A stretch of DNA of 24,000 nt. Origin: an uncultured Candidatus Finniella sp. GTDB lineage: Bacteria > Pseudomonadota > Alphaproteobacteria > Paracaedibacterales > CAITNM01. Position 1 is the stretch's first letter. Each line of letters opens with the position of its first letter. Location of the stretch: the NCBI GenBank assembly GCA_964446295.1, contig CAYUNR010000002.1:2211-26210 (forward strand), in the 5' to 3' direction. Below are positions 8,090 through 16,248 of this stretch, piece after piece. The translations under genes and the position numbers were made by a program. Below the pieces are notes generated by a model. That model worked only from the letters and a program-made list of their open reading frames with translations. It did no database searches and was not told the origin of the DNA.

Positions 8090-9073
8090 TTATTTCCTGG
8101 CGGCAACTTCAGAATCCACAACTTTTCTCAAAACAAGAGGGACCTTAGAAATATGCTCGGGGCCTAAATCAATTAATTCTAAAGCTTGAAGCTCTTCTGC
8201 TGGTATGCCTTTTATAGCTGGTTGATATGTTGCAAAAAATTCCTTGATAGTTTCATTATATTTATTAAATTTGGTCTGAGGGTCTTCGCAACCGGCAACC
8301 GTTTGATCATAAGCTTTTAGACAAGCTTGGAGGTCTGTATCTGCTTTTATTGCTGCTGTAATTGAACGCATAATAGAGGCTGCCCCCGACACAATTGTCC
8401 AAAGAGCGTCTTGTAACGAATCGGCTCTATGTCTTTCTTTCTCTCGATCTAGCAGGCGATCTAATAAAAGCCCATTTTCATTTGCTCTGTTTAGTGCTTC
8501 TTCTCTTATTTTATGTTTTAAATACATCTGTCCAATAGAAACTAAATGTTTATTTTGGTGCAGTCCTTCCTGGTACGATACTATAAGAGATGAGAACATT
8601 TTAAATTCTTTATCTCTTAATGATTTATTTCTTGTGCGCTCAAAAGCACCATTCAAGGCTAATGATTTTGTAAGATCATCTTTTGCATTTATTAGTGACA
8701 GACACTGGACACTACAGAAAAAAGCCTCGTTGATAAGTTCATTTAAGAAGGTGTGCTTGAATAAAAATTCACGGTATGAAAGTGGCCATAAGTGAGCGCT
8801 ATCATGAACAAGGGTAATACCGATGCCATGATCTCTATATAATTTAGGGATAAACTGGGCTTGTGATAAGCCGGGAATATCAAATTTTCTTTCTAATAGC
8901 TCATGCTGTTTTTCTGCTAGTAATTTCTGTAAAGGTTCAGGAATAGCAGTTGTGCTAGGTGCACCTTGTGTGATGTGCGTATGTGTACCAGCTCCAGGAT
9001 CACCATCAGCACTGCCAGCGGCTGCGTTTACTGTATGTAAAAAGCCAATTAGTGTATAAAAATATTTTTTCAT
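8090..9073 (-). CDS. Hypothetical secreted or periplasmic protein; no family recognised
   Basis: 327-aa ORF. The N-terminus MKKYFYTLIGFLHTVNA/AAGS looks like a Sec signal peptide. It is followed by a G/P/T-rich linker and a predicted helical body with 4 Cys. Confidence 0.6.
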   Translation of the reverse strand: MKKYFYTLIGFLHTVNAAAGSADGDPGAGTHTHITQGAPSTTAIPEPLQKLLAEKQHELLERKFDIPGLSQAQFIPKLYRDHGIGITLVHDSAHLWPLSYREFLFKHTFLNELINEAFFCSVQCLSLINAKDDLTKSLALNGAFERTRNKSLRDKEFKMFSSLIVSYQEGLHQNKHLVSIGQMYLKHKIREEALNRANENGLLLDRLLDREKERHRADSLQDALWTIVSGAASIMRSITAAIKADTDLQACLKAYDQTVAGCEDPQTKFNKYNETIKEFFATYQPAIKGIPAEELQALELIDLGPEHISKVPLVLRKVVDSEVAARK

Positions 9074-9104
9074 TGTGTTTATATTGTTTTTTTATTAATG
9101 CTAT

Positions 9105-9132
9105 ATTATACAACATAAAATATCTTTTTCAA
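9105..9132 (-). promoter_or_regulatory. Near-consensus sigma-70 promoter for the 8090..9073 gene
   Basis: The minus strand reads TTGAAA-N16-TATAAT, with the -10 element ending about 31 nt upstream of the ATG at 9073. Confidence 0.6.
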
Positions 9133-9175
9133 CATTTTTTGTAGTGACTAACGAAACTGGGAGTATTATTCATAG

Positions 9176-10387
9176 TTATCGTTTTGTTTTTAATTCCATA
9201 ACTGCAGTCTTAATTCTGTCACATGCTTTTGCTAAATTTTCCAAACTTGTTGAGTAGGAAATGCGAAAATATGGGGATAGACCAAATGCATCACCAGAAA
9301 CGGTCGCAAGGTTATGGTCTTCTAATAAATAGGTGCAAAAATCATTATCGGTTTGAATGGTTTTGCCGCATTGTGTTACTTTTCCAATAACGCCATTACA
9401 CCCTATATATAAATAGAACGCACCGTGGGGCTTAATAAGCTGTAATTCTGGAATGGTGGACAATTCATTTAAGATGTAATCACGTCTTTTTGCAAAGCTT
9501 GTTCGCCATTCATCCAAAAAATCATGAGGGCCATTGATAGCAGCAACTGCTGCGGCTTGCGAAATAGAGCATGGGTTTGATGTTATTTGTGATTGTAAAT
9601 CAATCATGGCTTGAATTAAATGTTTGGGGCCAGCTCCATACCCAATGCGCCACCCGGTCATTGAATACGCTTTTGAAACACCATTCACCAGCAAAGTGCG
9701 GTGATATAAATCAGGGGCAACGTTTAAAATATTTGAAAATTCTGAGCCATCATACAGAAGATATTCATAAATATCGTCTGTTAAAATATGCACGTGTGGG
9801 TGCGCACGTAGCACTTCGGCTAGGGCCAAAAGCTCATCTTTCGTATAAACGCATCCCGTTGGATTTGATGGAGAGTTTAAAATCAACCACTTTGTTTTGG
9901 GCGTAATGCTAGCCGCTAACTGGCTTGGCTGAAGTTTAAATTCATTTTCAATTGGGCAATTAATAAAAACAGGAATGCCTTCAAATAAGCTAACAATATC
10001 AGGGTACGAAACCCAATAAGGGGCAGGGATAATAACCTCATCACCCGCATTAATGCTAGCCATAAACGCGTTAAAAATGACTTGCTTGCCGCCTGTACTT
10101 ACAATGATTTGATTACTTTCATAAGTAAAGCCATTATCACGGCTTAGCTTTTTTATAATTGCTTCTTTCAAAAGCGCAGTGCCACCAACCGGGGTATATT
10201 TTGTTTGACCATTATTCATGGCTTGTAAGGCTGCGTCTTTAATCCACTGAGGTGTATCATAGTCAGGTTCACCGGCACTTAAGCTAATAACATTCTTCCC
10301 CTGTTCTTTTAGTGCAATGGCTTTTGCAGTCATGGCAAGGGTAGGTGAGGGTTTTATCCAATTCATGCGCTGTGCTAGACTAGTCAT
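9176..10387 (-). CDS. aatA: Aspartate aminotransferase (class I PLP-dependent aminotransferase)
   Basis: 403-aa ORF with SLSAGEPDYDTP, YTPVGG, IIPAPYWVSYPD, NSPSNPTG and the PLP-lysine block NGVSKAYSMTGWRIGY. Confidence 0.85.
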   Translation of the reverse strand: MTSLAQRMNWIKPSPTLAMTAKAIALKEQGKNVISLSAGEPDYDTPQWIKDAALQAMNNGQTKYTPVGGTALLKEAIIKKLSRDNGFTYESNQIIVSTGGKQVIFNAFMASINAGDEVIIPAPYWVSYPDIVSLFEGIPVFINCPIENEFKLQPSQLAASITPKTKWLILNSPSNPTGCVYTKDELLALAEVLRAHPHVHILTDDIYEYLLYDGSEFSNILNVAPDLYHRTLLVNGVSKAYSMTGWRIGYGAGPKHLIQAMIDLQSQITSNPCSISQAAAVAAINGPHDFLDEWRTSFAKRRDYILNELSTIPELQLIKPHGAFYLYIGCNGVIGKVTQCGKTIQTDNDFCTYLLEDHNLATVSGDAFGLSPYFRISYSTSLENLAKACDRIKTAVMELKTKR

Positions 10388-10479
10388 ACGGCTAAAATTT
10401 TAAAATCTGGCTAATTTAACCATAAATCTGTTAAGGGGTATATGAAATACCTAGCCCAATAATGTGGATAAGATTTTGT

Positions 10480-10953
10480 ATGACAAAAAAATTACCTCCT
10501 GACGAACAAGCCCTTTGGGATGCTGTTGTAAAAAACATTAAGCCTATAAAGCACGATATGGTGGTTGCTAAACCCCCTAGCGTTTTGAAGATCCCTGAAA
10601 GGCCACTTTTGCCAACACCAGGCATTAGTCGCACACAAAAGGTTGAAGCACTTCACGTGAATGATTTAAGAAATGTTCGTCCAGAGGCTCAGCTTGATTT
10701 GCATGGTTTTACCCAAGCAGCAGGCGAAATGGCTTTGCGCGAATTTTTAAAAAATGCTTTGTACAGGAATTTGCGTTGGGTGCGAATTATTACCGGAAAA
10801 GGGTCGCCTAATAAACCTAGTATTCTTCGTGAACAAACACCAAAGTGGCTTCAATCAATGCCTGAATTTGTAACTGGCTATGCTTATGCAAAACCAGATG
10901 ATGGTGGCAGTGGTGCATTTTATGTGAAAATTCGTCGTAAGGTTCGAATTTAA
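10480..10953 (+). CDS. Smr-domain protein
   Basis: The C-terminal block LDLHGFTQAAGEMALREFL...RWVRIITGKG....ILREQTPKWL is the Smr domain. The start is set at MTKKLPPDEQALW (10480), which resembles homologue N-termini. The ATG at 10462 is an alternative. Confidence 0.75.
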   Translation: MTKKLPPDEQALWDAVVKNIKPIKHDMVVAKPPSVLKIPERPLLPTPGISRTQKVEALHVNDLRNVRPEAQLDLHGFTQAAGEMALREFLKNALYRNLRWVRIITGKGSPNKPSILREQTPKWLQSMPEFVTGYAYAKPDDGGSGAFYVKIRRKVRI

Positions 10954-12518
10954 TTTCTAAAAATATCTAAGCGTTGATCGTATTCGTGGGTTTTTATATC
11001 TAACAACCCAAGCACTGAATGAAAAAAGTTATCATGAGAATATTTTCCTGTTTCAGCTTTAGCCCTTAAGCTGTTTACATCTACATCAAATTCTTGGCTG
11101 AAGCTATCTGATAGCCACATAATCCATGGAACATGAGTCTGTTCTTTAGGGGCAATTAGGTACGGCGTGCCATGAAGATAAATACCATATTCCCCTAATG
11201 ATTCACCATGATCAGAAACATAGATCATTGCAGTATTCAGTTGAGTATTATTTTCAAGTGTTTCGATGATTTTTGTCAAAATGTAATCGGTATATAAAAT
11301 GGTGTTGTCGTAAGTGTTCACAAGGTCCGATTTTTTACAGCTTTGAATTTCATTGGTGTTGCACCCCGGTTTGAATTTATTAAATTCTTCAGGGTAGCGT
11401 TTGTGATAAGCAGGTCCATGGCTGCCAAGTTGATGCAGCACAATGATAGAATCATGTTTTAAGCTTTTGATGTAACTATCTAACCCGGTGAGTAAGGCTT
11501 CATCATTTTGATTTAAATGTCTTATATTTTCTTCTTTTAGCCTTGCTGCTATCCCTTTTGAGCTGCTGTTATTATCACGCCAAAGAATTGAAAAACCAAT
11601 TCTAGATAAGACATCTAGTAAGTTTTCTTCTTGCGCAGCTTTTTCAGGCGTATAGTTTTCTCTTGGTAATTTTGAAAAGATTCCAGGTACAGCAACGGCT
11701 GTACATGTTCCACAGGATGAAACATTTTTCAGCGAAATTACATTTTTAGTTTTGAGTAAGGGATTCGTTTCGCGTGCATAACCGTTCAGTGAAAAATTAT
11801 CGGAACGTGCAGCTTCGCCCACCACAATAACAAGCAATGATTTCTTCGTAACATTTTTCCAAAGTGGCCCTTTGGCTGCATCTAAAGCAATTTTGGTAAA
11901 CTTTTGCGGGGTTTGATTTTGCTTTTTTATATATTTTCCTAAGTAGTAAATACAATTTATAGGGGTAATTAAGCTGATAAGGTTTCTATTATTTCTATGA
12001 ATAATAACTATAGTTTTATAAGCAGTGCCTACTGAAACAGCAATTAATAGCGCGGCTATGGTAATTGTTATTAATCTAGATTTTAGTTCTGAAAAAAATT
12101 TGGGTTGATAAGTTGTTTTGAAAAAACATAAGGATAAAAGCGGGGCTCCCAGTAAGAGAAACCATATTGCAAATTTAGTACTTAAAAGATCTAACGATTC
12201 ATGAATGTCAGTTTGCAGTACGTTTTGGATCATATCTGTATCAATCACGACCTTGAAGTAGTGCATATGATAACTTGAAAATATAGCTGCGATAGCAAGT
12301 ACAAATATCAACGTTTTTTGAACATACGGAAATAACAGAAGGTTAAAAGCAATGGTAAACACGGCGTTTAACCCAATGAACATTGACACTAAATAAATTA
12401 AATCAGAAGCATTATCAAAATTTACTATTTTAAAAACCGCATTCCAAAAGGGAATGTTTAGCAAGCAAACAAAATAGAACGACAAAAAAACAATAAAAAT
12501 ATTTCTGTTAATTTTCAC
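10950..12518 (-). CDS. eptA: Phosphoethanolamine transferase, EptA/MCR family (lipid A or core modification)
   Basis: 522-aa ORF with an N-terminal 5-TM domain containing MIQNVLQTDIHESLDLLS. The sulfatase-type domain has SSCGTCTAVAVPGIFS (catalytic Thr context) and VSDHGESLGEYGIYLHGTPYLIAPKEQTHVPW. Confidence 0.85.
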   Translation of the reverse strand: MKINRNIFIVFLSFYFVCLLNIPFWNAVFKIVNFDNASDLIYLVSMFIGLNAVFTIAFNLLLFPYVQKTLIFVLAIAAIFSSYHMHYFKVVIDTDMIQNVLQTDIHESLDLLSTKFAIWFLLLGAPLLSLCFFKTTYQPKFFSELKSRLITITIAALLIAVSVGTAYKTIVIIHRNNRNLISLITPINCIYYLGKYIKKQNQTPQKFTKIALDAAKGPLWKNVTKKSLLVIVVGEAARSDNFSLNGYARETNPLLKTKNVISLKNVSSCGTCTAVAVPGIFSKLPRENYTPEKAAQEENLLDVLSRIGFSILWRDNNSSSKGIAARLKEENIRHLNQNDEALLTGLDSYIKSLKHDSIIVLHQLGSHGPAYHKRYPEEFNKFKPGCNTNEIQSCKKSDLVNTYDNTILYTDYILTKIIETLENNTQLNTAMIYVSDHGESLGEYGIYLHGTPYLIAPKEQTHVPWIMWLSDSFSQEFDVDVNSLRAKAETGKYSHDNFFHSVLGLLDIKTHEYDQRLDIFRN

Positions 12519-12529
12519 AAATTCTTCCC

Positions 12530-14341
12530 TTAAACAGAAATGGCTTTTGAAATTTGAGACGGTTCAAATTCAAGGTTTACGTAATTTCGGTATAGTCCTT
12601 CTTGACGCATTAATTCGTGGTGCGTTCCTATTTGTTCTATGTGCCCATGGTTCAAGACCATAATTTTATCTGCTTCCATCACGGTACTTAAACGGTGAGC
12701 AATTACTAAGGTTGTGCATTCTGCACTCAGCGCCTTTAAGTTTTGCTGCACAATAAAATCACTTTCGGCATCTAGTGAATTGGTTGCTTCATCTAAAAGC
12801 AAAATACTTGGGCGCCGTAATAATACGCGTGCCAAAGCTAGACGCTGTTTTTGCCCGCCGGAAAGTCTAACACCTCGGTGGCCAACTTTGGTTTGCAGTG
12901 AATAAGGTAATCTTTCAACGAAATCTTTCAGGTGCACCATTTCTAGTGCTTGCCACAAATCACTTTCATCAACGGTATCAAGACCATATGCTAAGTTTTC
13001 AAAAATTGTTGTGGAAAAAATCACAGCATCTTGTGTTACTAAACCAAGTTGATGACGAATGCTATCAGTTGACAGGTCTTGGTAATTCACGCCGTTAAGG
13101 TAAATATTACCAGAATTGGGTTCGTAAAATTTAAGTAGTAATGAAAATATTGTGCTTTTTCCAGCACCAGATGGGCCAACAATTGCAACAGTTTCACCAG
13201 GCAGTACGCTTAAATTTAATTGACTAAGAACGTTAGTTTCAGGGCGCGAAGAATACGCAAAGCTCACCTGATGCATTGCTAAAATGCCGTGATTTTGTAC
13301 AAGGCGCTGTTTGATAATATTTTGCTTAGGTGGCTCTAATTTCAGTATTTCTAATATTCTATCTCCTGCTCCAGCTGCGCGGTAAAAATCAGCAAAAAGT
13401 GCCGAAAATGATCCTAAGGCTCCGCTTACGGCAACTGCATAAAATAAAAATCCTAGCAAATCTCCTTTGGTCATGGTTTGTTCAAAAACCATTTGCGCCC
13501 CAAGGTAAGCGATTACGCATAGGCCTGAAAAAATCAGCACCATGGCAAAACCAACCAATTTAGCACGTGCTTTTGCTGACTTTAAAACAGCTTGAACGAA
13601 GTTAGTGTTGTATCCATGAAATGAAGAACGATCTTGTGCAGCATGGGAAAATAGCAGCACTGTTTTAATATTGTTCAATGTTTCATCAATAAACTGAGCA
13701 AGGTCAGCCAACACACTTTGAGCATATCGTCCATGCACACGAACGATTTTCCCAAAATAAATAACTGGTAATAATAGGGCAGGGACAATTACGCAGCTTA
13801 ATAAAAATAATTTTCCAGAGGTCATTACCATCATGATAATGCCGCCGAGAATGATCAGTGCATTTCTTATGAAAATACCCAAGCTGTTTGTTAGCACAAG
13901 TTGCAATAAATTCATGTCACTTGTTAGGCGTGTAACTAAATTTGCCGGTTGGTATTCTTCAAAAAAAGAAATAGGGAATTTAAGAATGTGATCAAAAAGA
14001 TCGTAACGTAGACGGGCCATTAATTGTTCGCCAATCCAACTAATGTAATAGGTGCGAGCGTAACTTGCAAAAGCCAGTAATACAACGCTAATAGCCAGCC
14101 CTATTAAAACCCAGCCGAAATAATCTGATCCTTTTGTTAGTAGTCCCGTATTGACTGAAAAGCTTAAAAATTTTCCAAAACCAAGAACCATGCCAGCTGC
14201 GACACCAAGCATGACACAAGCTAGAATAATTGGTTTATAAAACGTAGAAACATATTTTCCAAGCAATGCCCATAATGTGCCTATAGAGGCCTTTGATTCA
14301 TTTTTGGGCGTCACATCATCATAAAAAGATTTTTCACGCAT
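12530..14341 (-). CDS. ABC exporter, fused permease/ATPase (ABCB / MsbA-Mdl-like half transporter)
   Basis: 603-aa ORF. The TMD contains GEQLMARLRYDLFDHILKFPISFFEE...LVTRLTSD. The NBD has Walker A GPSGAGKST, signature LSGGQKQRLALAR, and Walker B ILLLDEAT. Confidence 0.85.
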   Translation of the reverse strand: MREKSFYDDVTPKNESKASIGTLWALLGKYVSTFYKPIILACVMLGVAAGMVLGFGKFLSFSVNTGLLTKGSDYFGWVLIGLAISVVLLAFASYARTYYISWIGEQLMARLRYDLFDHILKFPISFFEEYQPANLVTRLTSDMNLLQLVLTNSLGIFIRNALIILGGIIMMVMTSGKLFLLSCVIVPALLLPVIYFGKIVRVHGRYAQSVLADLAQFIDETLNNIKTVLLFSHAAQDRSSFHGYNTNFVQAVLKSAKARAKLVGFAMVLIFSGLCVIAYLGAQMVFEQTMTKGDLLGFLFYAVAVSGALGSFSALFADFYRAAGAGDRILEILKLEPPKQNIIKQRLVQNHGILAMHQVSFAYSSRPETNVLSQLNLSVLPGETVAIVGPSGAGKSTIFSLLLKFYEPNSGNIYLNGVNYQDLSTDSIRHQLGLVTQDAVIFSTTIFENLAYGLDTVDESDLWQALEMVHLKDFVERLPYSLQTKVGHRGVRLSGGQKQRLALARVLLRRPSILLLDEATNSLDAESDFIVQQNLKALSAECTTLVIAHRLSTVMEADKIMVLNHGHIEQIGTHHELMRQEGLYRNYVNLEFEPSQISKAISV

Positions 14342-14600
14342 CTAGGTCCTGCCTTAGAACGCTTTCAAGCTCTTTATCTGTTCTAGTGCATAACCATTTT
14401 CCTGAACGATATGAAAAATGATGCGCTCCAGTTATTGGGGAAGAAAACCAAATTTGTTCCATTGTGCTGTGATAATTTAAGAGAAATTGACCTTTTGGGC
14501 ATCTGATTAACAAAGCGCCTTCAACGTAATCTGCATCCCAATCATTTTCTAAAGTATCAGATAAATCCTGGAGATATTTAAATGCGATAGTTTTATGCAC
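14334..14600 (-). CDS. cyaY: Frataxin homologue CyaY (iron-sulfur cluster assembly)
   Basis: 88-aa ORF with a GTG start. F.YLQDLSDTLEN.WDADYVEGALLI....GQFLLN.....EQIWFSSPITGAHHFSY..GKWLC.R parallels the E. coli CyaY pattern (QVWLA...GGYHF....W.C.R). Confidence 0.75.
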   Translation of the reverse strand: MHKTIAFKYLQDLSDTLENDWDADYVEGALLIRCPKGQFLLNYHSTMEQIWFSSPITGAHHFSYRSGKWLCTRTDKELESVLRQDLDA

Positions 14601-14610
14601 GGCTGCAGAT

Positions 14611-15375
14611 TCATTTCAGGACTTTTGCCCAATATACATGGGTAATATAGGGAAATTCAATCACCTCGTGATTTTTAAGCTGTTCGTGTGTTGTGCAAAG
14701 GTTTTTCATTTGTTGAGCTACTTCTTGTTTTTTGTTGTCTGGTAAAGCTGCAATAAAGCTCATGCCTAGTGCACGGTGAGTAAGCGTTTCCTTGAAAAAA
14801 TGATGAGAGTAATTGAATTGTTGATGCTGCAAAGCAGAAAAATGATTTTGATTATTAAATACCTTTTTCCATTTATCGAGATCAAAACGTACAATTTCAT
14901 CATGAGGATAGGAGAAAAGTATTTTATGATATTCATGAACCCAATTCACTGCATCATTTCGTTCTTGAAATATTATTACTAGATAGCCATTTTGTTTTAA
15001 TACGCGAGCTATATCAGCAAGAGCAGACAGATTAGCAAACCAGTGAAAAGCTTGAGCTACTAATACACCATCAAAAATATTATCCTTAAAAGGAATATTT
15101 TCTGCTCTTGATATTACGGGAGATAATTTTGGGTGTTTTGATTTTAAAACTTTCAGCATATTTGGTAACCATTCTGTTACCATGGGGGTGAAGTCATGTT
15201 GTGCAAGCAGGTCAGTGAATTTTCCTGTGCCCGCCGCAAGTTCAAGCAACTTTGACGATGTTCTAAAACCAAGATTTTTTTTGAAAAGTTCAGCTACTGC
15301 ATTTGGATAACCGGGCCGGCTTATTTCGTAACTTTCAGAACAGGTATCAAACGATTTTGCTAAAGAATTCACCAC
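14611..15375 (-). CDS. Class I SAM-dependent methyltransferase
   Basis: 254-aa ORF whose GTG start directly follows an in-frame stop. Motif I LLELAAGTGKFT, then DGVLVAQAFHWF and GYLVIIF blocks typical of Methyltransf_11-like enzymes. Confidence 0.7.
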   Translation of the reverse strand: MVNSLAKSFDTCSESYEISRPGYPNAVAELFKKNLGFRTSSKLLELAAGTGKFTDLLAQHDFTPMVTEWLPNMLKVLKSKHPKLSPVISRAENIPFKDNIFDGVLVAQAFHWFANLSALADIARVLKQNGYLVIIFQERNDAVNWVHEYHKILFSYPHDEIVRFDLDKWKKVFNNQNHFSALQHQQFNYSHHFFKETLTHRALGMSFIAALPDNKKQEVAQQMKNLCTTHEQLKNHEVIEFPYITHVYWAKVLK

Positions 15376-15387
15376 TCACACTTTCTT

Positions 15388-15463
<76 letters not shown>

Positions 15464-15479
15464 GGTATCTTCTGTTTTA

Positions 15480-15507
15480 AGTGTAAAACATTCTTGTGGC
15501 AAGTCAA
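15480..15507 (-). promoter_or_regulatory. Candidate sigma-70 promoter upstream of tRNA-Ala
   Basis: The minus strand reads TTGACT-N16-TACACT, with the -10 element ending 16 nt before the mature tRNA 5' end. Confidence 0.5.
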
Positions 15508-15544
15508 AAACTTAATTATTAATAAAAAAAGCTTTGTGATTTTT

Positions 15545-16246
15545 ATGAACTGGGAAGATACGGGAATTGTTCTGAAGTACAGAACGTATTCTGAAAAACA
15601 ACTGATTGCTAGCGTGTTTACACAACAGCGAGGACGTGTTGATGGGATGATTACACGTACCAAATCATCTATGCCACAGCCTGGAGACTTGTGTTCTGTT
15701 TATCAGAAAGCAAGACTTGAGCAACACTTGGGAACGTTTAAACTAGAAACAAAGCAAAGTCATTCGAGTTTACAATTTTGTGATGCTTTGAGAGTTTACG
15801 CTCTTAAAACAATGCTGGAAATGTTGGGTTCGTTATTGCCTGAGCATCACCCATATTTAAATTTATGGAATAAGGCGAATGAAACGCTGCAGCTTTTTTA
15901 TCACCCATCTGAAGCGATTAAAGCCTATTGCTTTTTTGAAGTGTTACTGATTGAGGAGTTGGGATTTGGTCTGAGCTTAGATTCTTGCGCAGTAACTAAA
16001 ACACTTGAAAATTTAACCCATGTTTCACCGAAGACAGGTTGTGCTGTTTGTTACGAAGCTGCACTACCCTACATTAACAGACTGCTAGTACTGCCTGATT
16101 TTCTAATTAATAAAAATTGTGCACCTACAAAATTAGACTTTGTAAATTCATTACTTCTTACGGGACATTTTCTGGTGAATCATGCGAGTCATCACAAATC
16201 TTTGCCATTAGCACGTCAGGAATTGATGCAGAAGTTACGAGTGTAA
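15545..16246 (+). CDS. recO: DNA repair protein RecO
   Basis: MNWEDTGIVLKYRTYSEKQLIASVFTQQRGRVDGMI is a typical RecO N-terminal OB-fold start, and a Cys-containing block (SLDSCAVT...TGCAVC) lies downstream. The start is set at the ATG at 15545 rather than 15494. Confidence 0.8.
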   Translation: MNWEDTGIVLKYRTYSEKQLIASVFTQQRGRVDGMITRTKSSMPQPGDLCSVYQKARLEQHLGTFKLETKQSHSSLQFCDALRVYALKTMLEMLGSLLPEHHPYLNLWNKANETLQLFYHPSEAIKAYCFFEVLLIEELGFGLSLDSCAVTKTLENLTHVSPKTGCAVCYEAALPYINRLLVLPDFLINKNCAPTKLDFVNSLLLTGHFLVNHASHHKSLPLARQELMQKLRV

Positions 16247-16248
16247 GC

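Noticed and set aside
12530-14341. Calling the ABC exporter an Atm1/ABCB7 orthologue because of its coupling to cyaY.
   Set aside because: The TMD motifs (GEQLMARLRYDLF...FFEE...LVTRLTSD; RAAGAGDRILEIL) look like generic MsbA/Mdl-type ABCB transporters and not like the Atm1 sequences I remember. The subfamily is left unassigned pending phylogeny.
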